In this document: positions 34,053 to 46,872 of the stretch, in pieces
Layout of the letters: every line of letters begins with the position of its first letter
How positions within the stretch are numbered: position 1 is the first letter of the stretch
DNA from: Epithemia pelagica
Lineage: Eukaryota; Protista; Bacillariophyta
Length of the DNA: 64,000 nucleotides
Direction: 5' to 3'
NCBI GenBank assembly: GCA_946965045.2
Contig: OX337231.1
Coordinates: 2,356,001-2,420,000 of the forward strand
Notes under the pieces: generated by a model
Databases searched by the model: none
What the model was told of the DNA's origin: nothing
What the model saw: the letters and a program-made list of their open reading frames with translations, nothing else
Translations under genes and position numbers: made by a program

Positions 34053-35491
34053 TTACTGGGAAGCACTGCATGTGGTCATTGGCGTGGCAAAGGCAATCCG
34101 ATCCGCCTCTTGATCGGGCAAGAGTTCAAAGTCGAGGGCAAAGCAGTTGCACGCGTCGGCATTTTCCTGCGCATAGGTCAAGGCAGCCGGTGAGTTCAAG
34201 AGTGCCGCATGAACGTCCGAGTCGCTTCCCGCCGAGGCGGCGGCCAAGACATCGGAGGCCAATCCCAAGGACGTGATTTCAATACCATTGGGAAGTGTAC
34301 TGGCGAGTTGCATCAAGAATCCCTCCTCGGTGGACCCTCCCAGAACGGAAACCTTGAGACCATTCAAATCGGATGGTTGAGCAATGTCCAAACCGGCATC
34401 CAATCCACTTCGCACAAAGGAAAAGCTAATGGTCGTAAAGCTGCATGTGTAGTACACAAAGTTAGCCCGAGTATCGGTAAAGGAAAGAGGGCCAAGCGCC
34501 ACATCAGCTCCATCCAATGGCCCAATATCGACCATGGATACCAAAAACTCTTCAAAGTAGCCATTGCCATTGGCGGCAAGTTGAAAGGATGCTTCCAGGT
34601 CCACTTGATAATATTACGAAAGCTTGTCCACAACCGCTCGTGCGGTTTCGACAATGTTTCCCGTCAAGGTTCCTTCGTCGTCATCCAAGCCCACGCGTGG
34701 AGGGGACAATTTGTACGCAAAGACAATTTCGCCCGAATCCAAATAACCTTGAATGTCGTCGGCACTCGGATAGTCATGTTCTTGTCCATCCAAAGTACAT
34801 CCACCGGGAGGAGCTTCGGGAGAGCTGCCAAAAAAGAATTCTTGAATTTCTTGCCAGGTACCATCTAGAATAATTGCCTTCAAACCGGCACTCAAGGCCT
34901 CTTGAAGGGCAAAGGAATCTCGCTTTGATTCGACATCGTCGGGCTCATCCTCGTCGCCTTTCTTTCCCTCGGATCCATGCTTTTTTTTCCGCCCTTGCCC
35001 GAGTCCTTCTTGGATCCCTTCTTGTCGGAATCCTTGTCGTCCTTGTCGGAATCCTTCTTTCCCCTTCCCATGACTCCATCCTTGGATCCTTTTCCAGATC
35101 CTTTTTCTCCCTTTTCCGAGTCCTTCTTTCCCATGAGTCCATCCTTGGATCCTTTTCCTCCCTTCTGGTCGGAATCCCCCATGACGGCTCCATCCTTTTT
35201 TCCCTTGCCCACTGAAGCGTCGTCATCCTCCACCTTTTTCTTCTTCTTGTCTCCCTTGATTTTTCCCTTGCCGGAATCATCCTTGGTCAACTTGTCCGAG
35301 TCTCGTTTGCCCGTTTTGACCGAGTCCATCATCTTTTTCTTCTTGTCCTACTTGGTTTTCATTTTTTTCTTGGTGCTGCCGTCCACAGCATCTTTGCCGT
35401 GCCCACTACTGACTCCACCACCTTCCGAGAGGGACGAGGTGGCCAGCAAGAGTGCCACCACGACAAGCTTGGAAACGGACGAGGTCCACAT
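34053..35491 (-). pseudogene. Disrupted gene for a secreted Lys/Asp/Gly-rich protein with a solute-binding-protein (family 3-like) domain
   Basis: Signal peptide from ATG 35491, in-frame TAG at 35350-35348, a 1-nt frameshift in the A8 run (34981-34988) and an in-frame TAA at 34616-34614. The corrected frame reads through to DLNGLKVSVLGGSTEEGFL...DVHAALL. Confidence 0.72.
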
Positions 35492-35997
35492 GGTTGTATT
35501 TCGTTGTTGTGGTGGTTGTGGACGCACCGAACACCTTGTCTCCTTTTATTATGGACGACTGGTTTAGTGTTTTTATGCCTTGTTGGATCCTGGGAAGAAA
35601 GACGAATGCTGACATTTTGTACGGGGGAACGCCTTGTCCCGACATATCTAGTTGGTAATGTTGCGGCGAATGGTGCAACGACCCAAACGGCGTCGTTGAT
35701 GGATGGAACGGACTGTTGACGATTCGTTGCCCCATCCAACCGATTGGATTTTTGTGAGGAACGAACAATTTTGGCGGACCGACTGGCTCGCTGGGTACTC
35801 CCGACAAACAATCAACAATCAACAACATCAACGTGCTACAATTGCCCTACTCTATGCCCCTGTGATTGGTCATTGACGTATGTGATCGCTGTTCGGGTCG
35901 CACAAAATGGTCCGCTCTGATTCACAGTTTTCCAACAGAAAAACGAGAATCACCATGATGATGACACAAACACCACATCACGTTGGTCCAGTCAACA

Positions 35998-37182
35998 ATG
36001 GCGCAACGACTGGTTTCCTTTTCGCGATATACGACCATGAAATTCCACTCATGCAGCCGCAAATCGGCCCTTCTCCTGGGACTGGCCACGTCGCTTCCGC
36101 AGTGTGCGCCGTTCCCGGTGCGTCATCCTCCAGCAGTCCCCACTCGAACGTCCATGGTGAGACGGTTTGCGTCAGTGGCAAGTGGAGACACCAATCCTCC
36201 ACATGGTCCCAATTACAAGAAGAAGGACGACAAGGACAACGAGTTTCAACCCAACCCTCCTCCGGGGACGCATGGAACACCCGTCTTTGACGACATTGAC
36301 TTTGACCTTTTGGAGAGGGATACGGTCGAGTTGGAATCGCACCGACGCAATACGGATCCCAATGCCGTCTTTGTGGTGACGGGAGCCTCGCGTGGCATGG
36401 GTCTCGCCTTTGTCCAAGCACTGTTGCAGCAAACGCAAGGAACGGTCGTGGCCTGTTGTCGATCGCCCCACACCGCCGAGCAAATGCACAGTCTTGCTGT
36501 GGACCACAAGCATCGTTTGGACATTGTGGCATTGGACTTGCAAGATCAAGCATCGGTGGAAGCGGCGGGACGCATCCTGCGAGACCGATATACACGGGTC
36601 GATGCCTTGTTCAATGTGGCTGGTCTCTTGGGAGATGGCCAAACCACACCCGGTCCCGAACGAACCATTCAAAAACTCGATCGAACCTGGATGGAACAAA
36701 CCATGGCGGTCAATGTCCTGGGACCTGTCCTCTTTTGCAAGGAACTGTCGCCCTTGTTGATGCATCGAAAACAACGACGACCATCCAAATCCACCAATCC
36801 TACCGATACGAATAATAATGATACGGATACTGATATAGACACTCGTCCCACAGCCGTGGTGGTCAATGTGAGTGCGCGGGTCGGTTCCATTGCCGACAAT
36901 AACCTGGGAGGATGGTATTCCTATCGCATGAGCAAGGCCGCCTTGAATCAAGCCACGCGGACCATGGCCTTGGAATTCCAACGACATGATGTATGGGCCG
37001 TGGCCGTGCATCCCGGAACAACGGATACCGACTTGAGTCGACCCTTTTCAGGCAATGTCAAAGCTGGCAGTTTGTTTCCCGTCCACTTTACCGTCCACAA
37101 ATTGCTCACCCTTGTCAATGCCTTGCAAGACAAGCATTCGGGAGGATTTTATGATTGGGCTGGACAAGCCTTGTCGTTTTAA
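35998..37182 (+). CDS. Short-chain dehydrogenase/reductase (CsgA/C-factor-like)
   Basis: VVTGASRGMG, LFNVAG, NVSARVGSIADNNLGGWYSYRMSKAALNQ (YxxxK) and HPGTTDTDLS. The N-terminal leader resembles organelle targeting. Confidence 0.9.
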   Translation: MAQRLVSFSRYTTMKFHSCSRKSALLLGLATSLPQCAPFPVRHPPAVPTRTSMVRRFASVASGDTNPPHGPNYKKKDDKDNEFQPNPPPGTHGTPVFDDIDFDLLERDTVELESHRRNTDPNAVFVVTGASRGMGLAFVQALLQQTQGTVVACCRSPHTAEQMHSLAVDHKHRLDIVALDLQDQASVEAAGRILRDRYTRVDALFNVAGLLGDGQTTPGPERTIQKLDRTWMEQTMAVNVLGPVLFCKELSPLLMHRKQRRPSKSTNPTDTNNNDTDTDIDTRPTAVVVNVSARVGSIADNNLGGWYSYRMSKAALNQATRTMALEFQRHDVWAVAVHPGTTDTDLSRPFSGNVKAGSLFPVHFTVHKLLTLVNALQDKHSGGFYDWAGQALSF

Positions 37183-37582
37183 GAATACTAGACCAAAAAT
37201 GCCGTTTACCTTGTGGATTACGGCTTCCCGAGGCTATATGCTTGACTATATCTTGCTAGTGACAGCTGTAGCAGCTATGATTGGTCGGTTCGTCGAACAA
37301 GAGATCCAACTAAAAAGTGGACAGAACACTCAACAACTCTATACTTTCCAATAACAAATCTTTACTATGAGGTACTGTAACCACTCTAGGGCCTCACTGG
37401 AGGCAATCTGTATTGTATTAGGCAGAGCTGAAGAAATCGTTTTTCCATTGGTAGGAAAAGGGATCCACTCAAGGGAGAAAGAACTGCATAACGTGTCTTT
37501 CTCGTCGATTCCAGCGAGCAACTGTCGGACGACTACCTTCTTCGGCCTGCAGTGGTGTACCCATGGGTCTCGCACAAACTCT

Positions 37583-40500
37583 TCAGTTTCGATTGAGTCG
37601 TCGTAACCGCACTGTTCCATCCCAGGAAGTCGTAATGGTTCCATCGCCCGCATGCTTGCCCGAGGTTTCAATTTGGGAATCATGCAACTTGTCTCCATCC
37701 AGCGAGGCAAAGGTACTAATCGTATCGCAGTGACCCGTGACATGTTCCGACACGACTTCCCCGGTGCGGATATCCCATTCTCGGAGTATCGCATCGCGTC
37801 CCAAACAACGGACCGTCTTGGTCCGAGAGGACGGGCCGCGACTTAACAACACGGGACCGTACGTGCGACGCCAGGACGAAAAGTCATGCAGATAAAGCTT
37901 GCCGGCCGGACGTCGAATCACTTTGCACTGACGATCCGTACTGGAAGGAGACTGACTGGCCGCGTCCGACAAACGACGGAAATCCCAAGCTGCAATCGTT
38001 CCATCGCCACCGGCACTAATCATAATGGGATCCGTTCGGGCACCCACCAAAATATCCGAAATGGGTGCATAGTGATGACGGAGCGCAAAGAGTGGAGCAT
38101 TGCGGACACGAGCGTCCCACAAGGCAATGGATCGGTCGGTCGACGCGGATATAATCGTATTGGGACCCCAATACTTGACCGAAGTGACCCATCCAAAATG
38201 TCCCGACAAGGAATTCAAGCATTTACCACCACTTCCACCCAAGTCCCACAACCGAACGGTACGATCGGCCCCTCCCGACAACAAACGATCGCCGTGCCAT
38301 GCGGTTTTCACACACAAGACTCGTCCTCCGTGACCAGCGAGAATACTCATGGCGTCGCCACTTCGAGTAGGCTTGTTCCGGGGAGAAAGGTCCTCGAGGG
38401 CATTCACCGAACCCCGAGTGGGGGTCTCCGCTTCGGCTCTCCGACCAATGCTACCGGGAGCACGAAGACTCCACAGTTTGATCAATCCATCGGCGCCTCC
38501 CGATATAATCGAGTCGGGACGGTACACGTGAGACGGGACATCGACGCATGACACACCTCCACGGTGGCCCGAAAGCGCTCTGCCCCGCAAGGAAAACTTG
38601 AGACGTGTCAATGAGCTCCCAGCCGCAAAGTCGACCCTACTTCCTCTTCTGCTGCCAATCGATGATGAAGAGACACCTTCGCCACCACGATGAGTGGTCC
38701 GGTCATCTCCGATACCAATATTTCCAATCTCGTTTCCGCGAAGTGCGTAAAACACAGCCGACAGCACGTCTTTGACGGACCAAACACGAAGGTCGCCACA
38801 AGTTGTCCCGGCAACGACTCGACAGCCTTCCATTGCATTGAGCAATTCTTCCTCGTCGAGCTGGTCTGTAACGCTCTTTCTGGATGGACCTGGTTTCATT
38901 TGCAGTGCATCGTAAGATTGGTTCGCGGGTTGTGTTGCAGCGAGAATGCTCACGGCACCAACTCCATAGGATCCGTCTGTTGCAGTCGATGGAGACTGGG
39001 CGGAATACCGACTACCTGCACTTCCCCAATCTAAATGAATTCCCTTGACGCCAACGCCATTGCCCTCTTCCGATGCTGATGAATTTTGTGCGTTCCGCGC
39101 CAGAAACACTCCGCCATCCAGAGCACCCGTAACCACGACGGACGACCCGAGGTACGCCATGGATGTCACAGCCGAGCGCTTCATACGGCGGTTTCGAAGT
39201 GCATTTCTTCCAGTTGATCGACGTTTGGCATCTTTCTCGAACCTACTCGAGTACTGAGCTGAGGGATGAACCCACCCAATTTCTGACCATGATTCTTCCG
39301 CATCCGAAGTTGACTCTTTGGTGGGAGCCGCGCCTTCTTCCGCAGGTGCTGATTCGCCGTCTCGCTCACGATGAGCCGAGGTTGGACTCATCATTTCTAT
39401 ATCACTCGTTGTTCTCTGAGATGAGTTGGCCGATCCTGTATCTCTTCGCATACAAATACGACGAGCGAGTAACAACAAGGATTGCCCTCTTTCGGACCTG
39501 AACCACCCATTCTCTTCACTCACGCGGGAAGCGAATCGGGCCAACTCCTCGGCTGGAATGTCGTATCCAAGCATTTCATAGAGAGTGGCCACTGCCGCTT
39601 CGTATTCGTCTGTTTCGGCATCATCAGCTGCCACGTCGTCGTTATCCTTTTCGTCCGCAGCAGCTGCGCTGAGATGCATTTTCTTTGCTCGCAACCATAC
39701 GCCAAGATCGGCATAAATAGGGTGGTGACCTAACCTTTGCGTCATGTACAGCACTGTGGGAGATTCGTCGTCCCCAACCGTACTATATAGCCCGGCGGTC
39801 AACTTCAGTAAAGCGTAAGCAGAATCATAATCACGATCTTCGAGGCAAGCGTCCAACATTGCGCAACCAAGCCGCAGGAGAACCTCGAAGGCACCTGCCT
39901 CCAGCTTCGAAGCTCCTGATGATTGTTTCCGTTTCGATCGCTGAGAGTCGGCGGACTCATGGGAGCCTCTTTTCTGCAGAATTGCCAAAAGGAATCTTCT
40001 AGCCGACGCGTTTTGAAGCGCCGTTTCGGCCTCGGCAACAAGATCACGGCTAGGATCTGATGCTGCCTCAACGGCCGATCCACCAGCTACGCGAGCTTGT
40101 TCCAAGCATCGGCGTAATGAATCTCGGTCCTTGGCGTCTGTAATTCGTCGTTTTGCTGCATCAGCAGGATGCTCCTCTGTCGAATTGTTCTCGGCTGCAA
40201 CTCCATCTTCTCCATTCTCGGCCAGAAGTGCCGTCAAATCAAGTGTCTGGTTCGCTGCTGGTTCATCGGACACCAAGCTACCGTCCTCGTCGTCCATACG
40301 TTCCATTGAATTCTTCCACAGGTGGTACCTGCGCTCACCAATGGCATCGCGGAGCTTCACTTTCTCCGCAACAACCACAACGCCCGAGTCCTTCGTCTGG
40401 TCGAGATCAATCGATAAGAAACTTTGATACCGCCATGGATTCTTCTCCAATTCCACTAGGTACTCCAGCGAAATCTTGTGTACACCTTCAGTGCCGTCTG

Positions 40501-43500
40501 ATTGAGATTGAGTATTCTCGTCTCCCATTATAATCGGACGCAAAAGGCTGTAAGGAAAATCCAAGGAATCAGATAAAGGTGAATCCTCAGTAGGCCGTTC
40601 GCTGCCAGATTTCTTGACTTTGTAAATTGGAACTTTGTCTTCCACGCGTTTCAGGATAGAATTCAGTTGATCAATCGTTTTCTGAGCGTCCAAAGATAGC
40701 ACACGTTTGACGGCCAAAAGGTCTCGTTTCGAGCCATATGCTTCCAATTCGGTCATAACCTCACGGAAAAAGGATAATGATTCACTTTCCGCAGCGTCCA
40801 AGAACTGATGGAAATGCTGACAAGTGACAAGAATAGAGATGAACCTCCTGGACCGAGGAGAAAGGACTCTGAGTCCGGATGAAGAGGTTAAAGAAGTTCC
40901 ACGTTGCTCATCAAACAGAATGGGAGCACTTTGTAGAAACTTGTCAACGTTGAACATGGGCTGGGCGGAAGTACCTGTTATCAAACAATCTTGATATCCT
41001 CTCACAAGACTCGCGATTTCAAGTGCAATCGAGATACGAAACTCTCGTTCGACCTGAGTTTCCGCCTCCATTCGGGGGAACGAACGAGTTGGAGGGAAAT
41101 TTCCCGCTGGATTGTCATCATCTTCGTTGTCCTCACTCTTTTGAAGCAACCGATACACAGCTTTTTGGACGTTTAATGCGGTGGAAGCTGGTAATGGCGT
41201 CGGTGTCTTTGTGTTTGACTCTCGTACATCGTCCACGTGTCCCGAGGCACCCGAAAAATCATTGTCCAGATCAATCACGACGACATCTTCCAAAAACTCT
41301 GGGTTCACCAGTCGCATGGAGGACGACGGAAGACCCAGCAAATACGAGAGGGGTGCCTCAATAAATTCCATCATTGGTACAGGAAGGACAGGAATATATG
41401 GCAGCGACCACTGGAATGGATACATGAGTGCCGTCATAACTTCGGCTACCAGGCAAAGATTAGATATGTCGTCTGAGTGGATCAATATTTTGCACTCCGT
41501 TAACATTGCAGCAAGAATGTAATTGATTCCGTTCGCTGAATTCCAAGTTGTTATGTGTGAGTGAAAAAGGTACAAAATGGCGGGCTACGACAAGTCCCAA
41601 AAGCAGCTCCTTACCTTGCAAAAGACGACAAGCTGACGTTACCGATGCGCCATGAGGGAGGCTCGGTAATCCAGTCACATGTGGCAATGACAGAGTCAAT
41701 CTATCACCATTCAAAAAGGGAATCGAGCAGTTCACGACACCTGGGATTGGTCGTTGATAGTTGAGGGCAAGACTTGCCACATCCTCAAAGAAGTAACGAA
41801 GACCTTCTTCTTTTCCTTGTTCTGCCATCATCACCGACAACGCTTCACACATTCTTAACAGCATCACTTCCATGGCTCCAACAATGGGCAAATGGGACGT
41901 CATACAGAGCGCCATGGGAACCCACAATCGTTTGCTGGCCTTGTCGTACAAGGCGGCACCGCGAATGGATTGGCCAAAATCATCTTGCGTGGGGTCAATT
42001 CCGGTGGGTGCAGGTACAAAGAAACGTATACATGCTCCAAACGTCTTTGTGTTGGCAGAGCCATATTCGTCCGAGTTGGATGCCAAGACAAACCACGAAA
42101 AGGATGTGGTACAGCCTAAACAAGCGTCAAACGAGGCAATCGTCGTAGCAATGTTGGCCGGCGACGAAGCCGAGAAGCGCACGAGATTTAACTCTTCGGC
42201 ATTGGGCGGAGTGGTACCACGCCATAACCGGCATCCTTCGGGAAAGCAAAACCATTCCACTTTATCTGGAAGAGCCACATTCCGTCCATTCTCTGCATGA
42301 TATCCAATTTTTGGAAACTGCTCTAGAACGCCGCAATCAGGTGTCGTATTCACCCAACCACTGGCCCCATCGTCAGATTTTTGGTCGCCAATGTTGAGTG
42401 GTCCAACCACACAGACATGATCAACGACACCTGGTTCCAGCATTGGCTCTTCCTCTTTGTTGTGCTTCACTTCACCCAATTGGACTTCTTTGAGTAACTG
42501 TGCGCGAATGCTTTTGGACGCTCGTCTCGAAAACGACGCGACTCGTTTAGAATCCCGTGCTGATGGTCCTTCCTCTCCCTCCTCCTCTTCAATTTCATCT
42601 TCACTTTCATCCAGTACATCTGGCGCGGAAAAACTAATTTCGAGCAAGACACTTGGATTCCGTGAACTCTTGGCACCGGGTTTGGTGGGAGAACCTCCCG
42701 CAGCCGTTTCCAATTCAAACCACTGTTCAATCCGTGCCGCCTCATTGTTGTTCAAGGCCTTGCGCCAGGCCAGCTTGGAAATGGGAATGATTTGGGAACC
42801 GAGTCGAATGTCGTCTGTCATACGTGGCTTTCGTCGTTTCCGTCTCGACAATAACTGAACATTGATTTCGGACGTGGATGGATTGTTGCTGGTCATACTA
42901 CTGCTGCCGAGAGACGTGCGACTTCCCCGTGAATCCGTCGGTGGAGGTGGTCCGTCATCGTCCTCGGCCGCACCGCCGCCCGTCTTGGCCTCTTCTCCTT
43001 CGACCAAATGCTTGGCCACGACCGCGGCCGCATTGGCCAGTTCCATTTCGGATCGTTTGTTCGTGTCGGCACCACCGGAACCTCCCCCTCGTCGAAACAA
43101 GGATTTGAGTCGTCCCGTCTTGTCATTGGAATCGGCCGATCCTCCCCCCTCGCCTCGACTGGCCGAATGACGGGAGGCCCCGGGAAAATCCAAGGCCTTG
43201 ACCACTTGTTCATAGGGACTTTCCTTGTGATTGGAGGGTGTCATGACGGCTCGTGCCGAGAGTTCAATGCAAAAGGCCATTTGTTCCGGTGGTTGTGTGG
43301 CATCCCATCGCATTTCTTCATGAAATTCAACGGATCCATTGTCGCGTTTGGACATGATTTTGGCTCCTGTCGATCGCACAAGAGCTTTGGACACGGACGT
43401 CAAGCCGGACTCGTAGAGCTTGTTCTTTAATTCCGGTGGTATCGTGTTGGGTGGATTGGGTACACTCTTGGCTTTGGTGGTGAGTTGCGAGGGTTCTTCC

Positions 43501-45875
43501 AAACTGTCGGCCGGTGGGAGTGGTTGGGAGGACGGCTTGTTGGGATTTTGCAAACGGACCAGACCCACCTTGAGGACCGGACTAAAGGGGACGGTAGGTA
43601 CCACATTGGAAGGCAAATCCACAGCGGAAACCACACAGACGCGAACACTCCATTCCGCCATTTCTCCACCAGCCCCAGCAACTTCGTCGTCTTCGTCGGA
43701 CGAGGAGGAGGTGGAGTCGTCGCCATCATCCTCGTCGTCGTCGTCCGTCGTTCCTTCCGAGGCGGACCCCGAAAACATGTGGTTTGCGGTTGGATTCGTT
43801 GTCGTCAAGGATCCCGAAGAAAGGGTCACGTCGGTTTCATTGCTAATGGATTTTTGTCGCAAGGCCGAAATGGCGGCCTCTCGATCCGACGAGATGGCAT
43901 GGGGCTTGGCCAGCGGTGGTGATTGGGACGAGGCAGCCGTAAAGGAGGACGAGGTAATGCTTTTGCGCATATTCAAGTATTGACTGACTTTGGACGTTTC
44001 ACTGCTACTGCCAAACGGATTGGTTCGGGGTTGACGTGGTGCCGTCGTTGTCGTCGAGGCGGCTGTGGGCGTCGAAGCAGACGTGGTTGTCGTCGGCGTA
44101 CTGCCGTCGGGGTTCCCCGTCAATTTGGGTCGATTCCGATAGGTGGACCATCCTCTCACGGCAGCATGGGTGGTACTGGGCGTTTCATCCTTCGGAGGAA
44201 CCACTCCAGGCGATGACACCGCTCCTGTGGTTGCGGCATCGCGACGACTGGGTGACGAAGGCACTCCTCCTCCTCGTGCTCGCATGGCGGCCGAAATGGG
44301 GGACAAAATAGACGGCGGTACTCGTGGTTTCGATTCCACTGATGGTGAGGAGGCACTCATGGTCGTTGTTGTTGTTGTCGTCGTAGTGGTAATGGTGGTG
44401 GGAGGAGCAATGGAACCCTTGGTGGTTGTCGTTGCCGGGTGGTGGTCCTCATCCGAACTGATATGTTCCTCGTCATCTCCACTACTTTCCAAGGGCGGCG
44501 TGGTGGTGGTGGATGATTTTTTAGTACTGCTGCGTTTGGGTTTGGAGGACGATGACGATTTGGGTGACTTTTTCTTGCTTTTGCGGACCGTCGATGATCG
44601 TCCACCAACGCCATCGTCATCGCTTTCATACTGATCCCCACTTGTCGTTGTGGCGGTGATGGATTTGCGATGGCGCGACGATCGTGGTTTGTGAGAAGAG
44701 GACGACGATTTGTTGGATTTGGACGACGGTGGTTCCTCTTCCTCCTCGGATTTGGTCACGGATTTGGATTTTGTGCTACTACTACTGGCCTTTTTGGTCT
44801 TGGGACTTTTCAATCCTCCCAAGGGTGGTTCCGCCGTCGCAGAGGCACGATCGCCCAACGATTTGCGATAGGATCCTCGACTACTGCTAGCGCTGGTCGT
44901 GGACACTGGCATGGCATGCGGACTGCTGCCACCTTCTGCCGCTGTCGTCGTTGTCGGAGGATCAACCACCAAGGGGGGAGGGGGTTGCAAGGGTTGATGA
45001 TGAGGAGGATTTGTCGTAGTAGGATTGGTTGTGGTCATCATGGAGGGTGGCAAAAAGGGTGAGGATCGTCCCGAGGGAGTCGTCGTTGTGGTTGTATTGG
45101 TCGACGACGACGACGATTGGGCCGGTCGATAGGGGGAGGATCGTCCCGAAGCAGAATATTGTTGCGACAATCGTTGTTTGCGCAAATCACGCGGGGAGGA
45201 GGAGCGTGTCGCCGCCGTCGTCACGGAGGGGACCGCCGAGGTGGAAGAAGCAGAAGAAGACGGTGCCGCGCTGGTCCCTGCTGATGATGCCGTCGACGTA
45301 CCAGTCCCTGCCGAAGAATTGGCAAATCGGCGAGACGAGGGAGAAAGGGATCCGCGACGACGTGCGGCGGCACTCGGAGAGGCCGCCGTCACCTTGGCTG
45401 TAGAAGATGATGACAAGTAATTGTTGGTCGTCGACGACGGTGTCGTGGGTGTCGTTTGCAACCGTAAGGATCGATAGCGTTCGTAGGACGACAACCCCGC
45501 TGCCACACTCCCGCGACTCCCATCAATGGTGGTGGTCGTATCCATGCCATTGTACGGATTCGCCGGTCGAGGATTGTTCGTACTGCTGCTGCTGTTGGAG
45601 GGTGTGGTGGTTGTGGCAGGCGTATTGGATGCAGCACCACTCCCCGTATACGACAAGGGCAAGGGCGACGGCGCTCGTCCAAACGAACTGGGACTGTGCG
45701 ATCGCAAGGAGGAATACTGGTGGCTGCGACTGGGAGAATCAGTACCAGCACCAGCCCATGGTCGATTGTGACTGCGATTCAAACGCTCTTGATGATGATG
45801 ACTCAACCGTTCTCGATGTGGAGAGGCATCTGTCGTGGCCGAACTCCGAAAGGACGGAGGCAACCGGCGATCCAT
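37583..45875 (-). CDS. Large DENN-domain and WD40 protein (SCD1/DENND-like Rab GEF) with an upstream C2-like domain, 2 exons, ~2,740 aa
   Basis: Exons 45875-41615 and 41535-37583 (intron 41614-41536). uDENN WFCFPEG/FGAC, cDENN AMLTECKILIHS..LMYPFQWSLPYIPVLP, dDENN QHFHQFL, and C-terminal GH...WD repeats (SGGADGLIKLWS, SASTDRSIALWD). Confidence 0.88.
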
Positions 45876-46872
45876 TATTGTGTGTTGTTGCTGAGGATGG
45901 GTTCGAGGAGGGTTCCGAAAACTATTTCGTTCCACCGCCCGCACCAATATCAGGGAACGGCGACAACAACAACAAGAGCAACAACAACGCAGTCACCACC
46001 ACTAACCACTAGTCCTTGCTTTCACCCGAACAAAGGATCTCGTCGTCGTCCAACGGCCTCGTGTGTGTTGTGTTGTGGATTGGAGCTTTCTTTTGCTGGC
46101 GCCAAGAGAGAAACACACACTTCTCGCTACTCCGTCGTCTTTGGAGGACACAATCAATACTACACTTGGTGGTTCTTCTTCTCGTTGTTGTTGCGGTTCT
46201 GAGAGTGGACCTCCAATAACACACCACCATGTGTGTGGAGACACGCACAACGTATATAACACAAAAGCTTTTGCGGTAAAAACAAAGATAAGGTTATTTT
46301 TGTGTATGGACGAATTGGCGTTGGATGGAGAGACTGCGCCTCTTTTGTGGGCGCATTGTACTCCCAAGCGTCAATTGAGTCATGAGGGATCGTGACTCGG
46401 TTAGTACAAATGCTTTTCAATCATTCATTCACGACCATTCATGACCAACTCGCCGCTTGGGGGTATAGATCATCGTCTGTCATGCGGTGGGGCGTGTGTG
46501 GGGTGGTCTGTGTGTCGTTATGCTTTGCTATGCTGGCAATGTATCCCTCGAGCTAGCTTGAGCCCCCATAGCATGAACCATGGCGTTGTGGCTTCGTATT
46601 ATTACCAAAAGAAAGTCAATGAATAGCATGGACAAGGGCATGTCTAAGTACGGTATATATATTACATTCTAAGAATGGGAATCGCTCCATGGCCCCACGG
46701 AGCATAAGGTACAAGTAGTACAAAAATAGGAGTACTCAAGACACGCAGACAAACCAAGACAAAAGATCCATAGAATCATGCCATGTCCGAATCATCTCCG
46801 TCACGGACCACCACAACCAAAATAACGACTGTGCACGGTTCTATTTCGTGAGTGACGGTTCATGGGAAAACT

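Noticed and set aside
230-45875. Apparent clustering of trafficking genes (VPS9, UIM adaptor, DENN)
   Set aside because: They are separated by many unrelated genes and these families are large, so co-location is probably chance.
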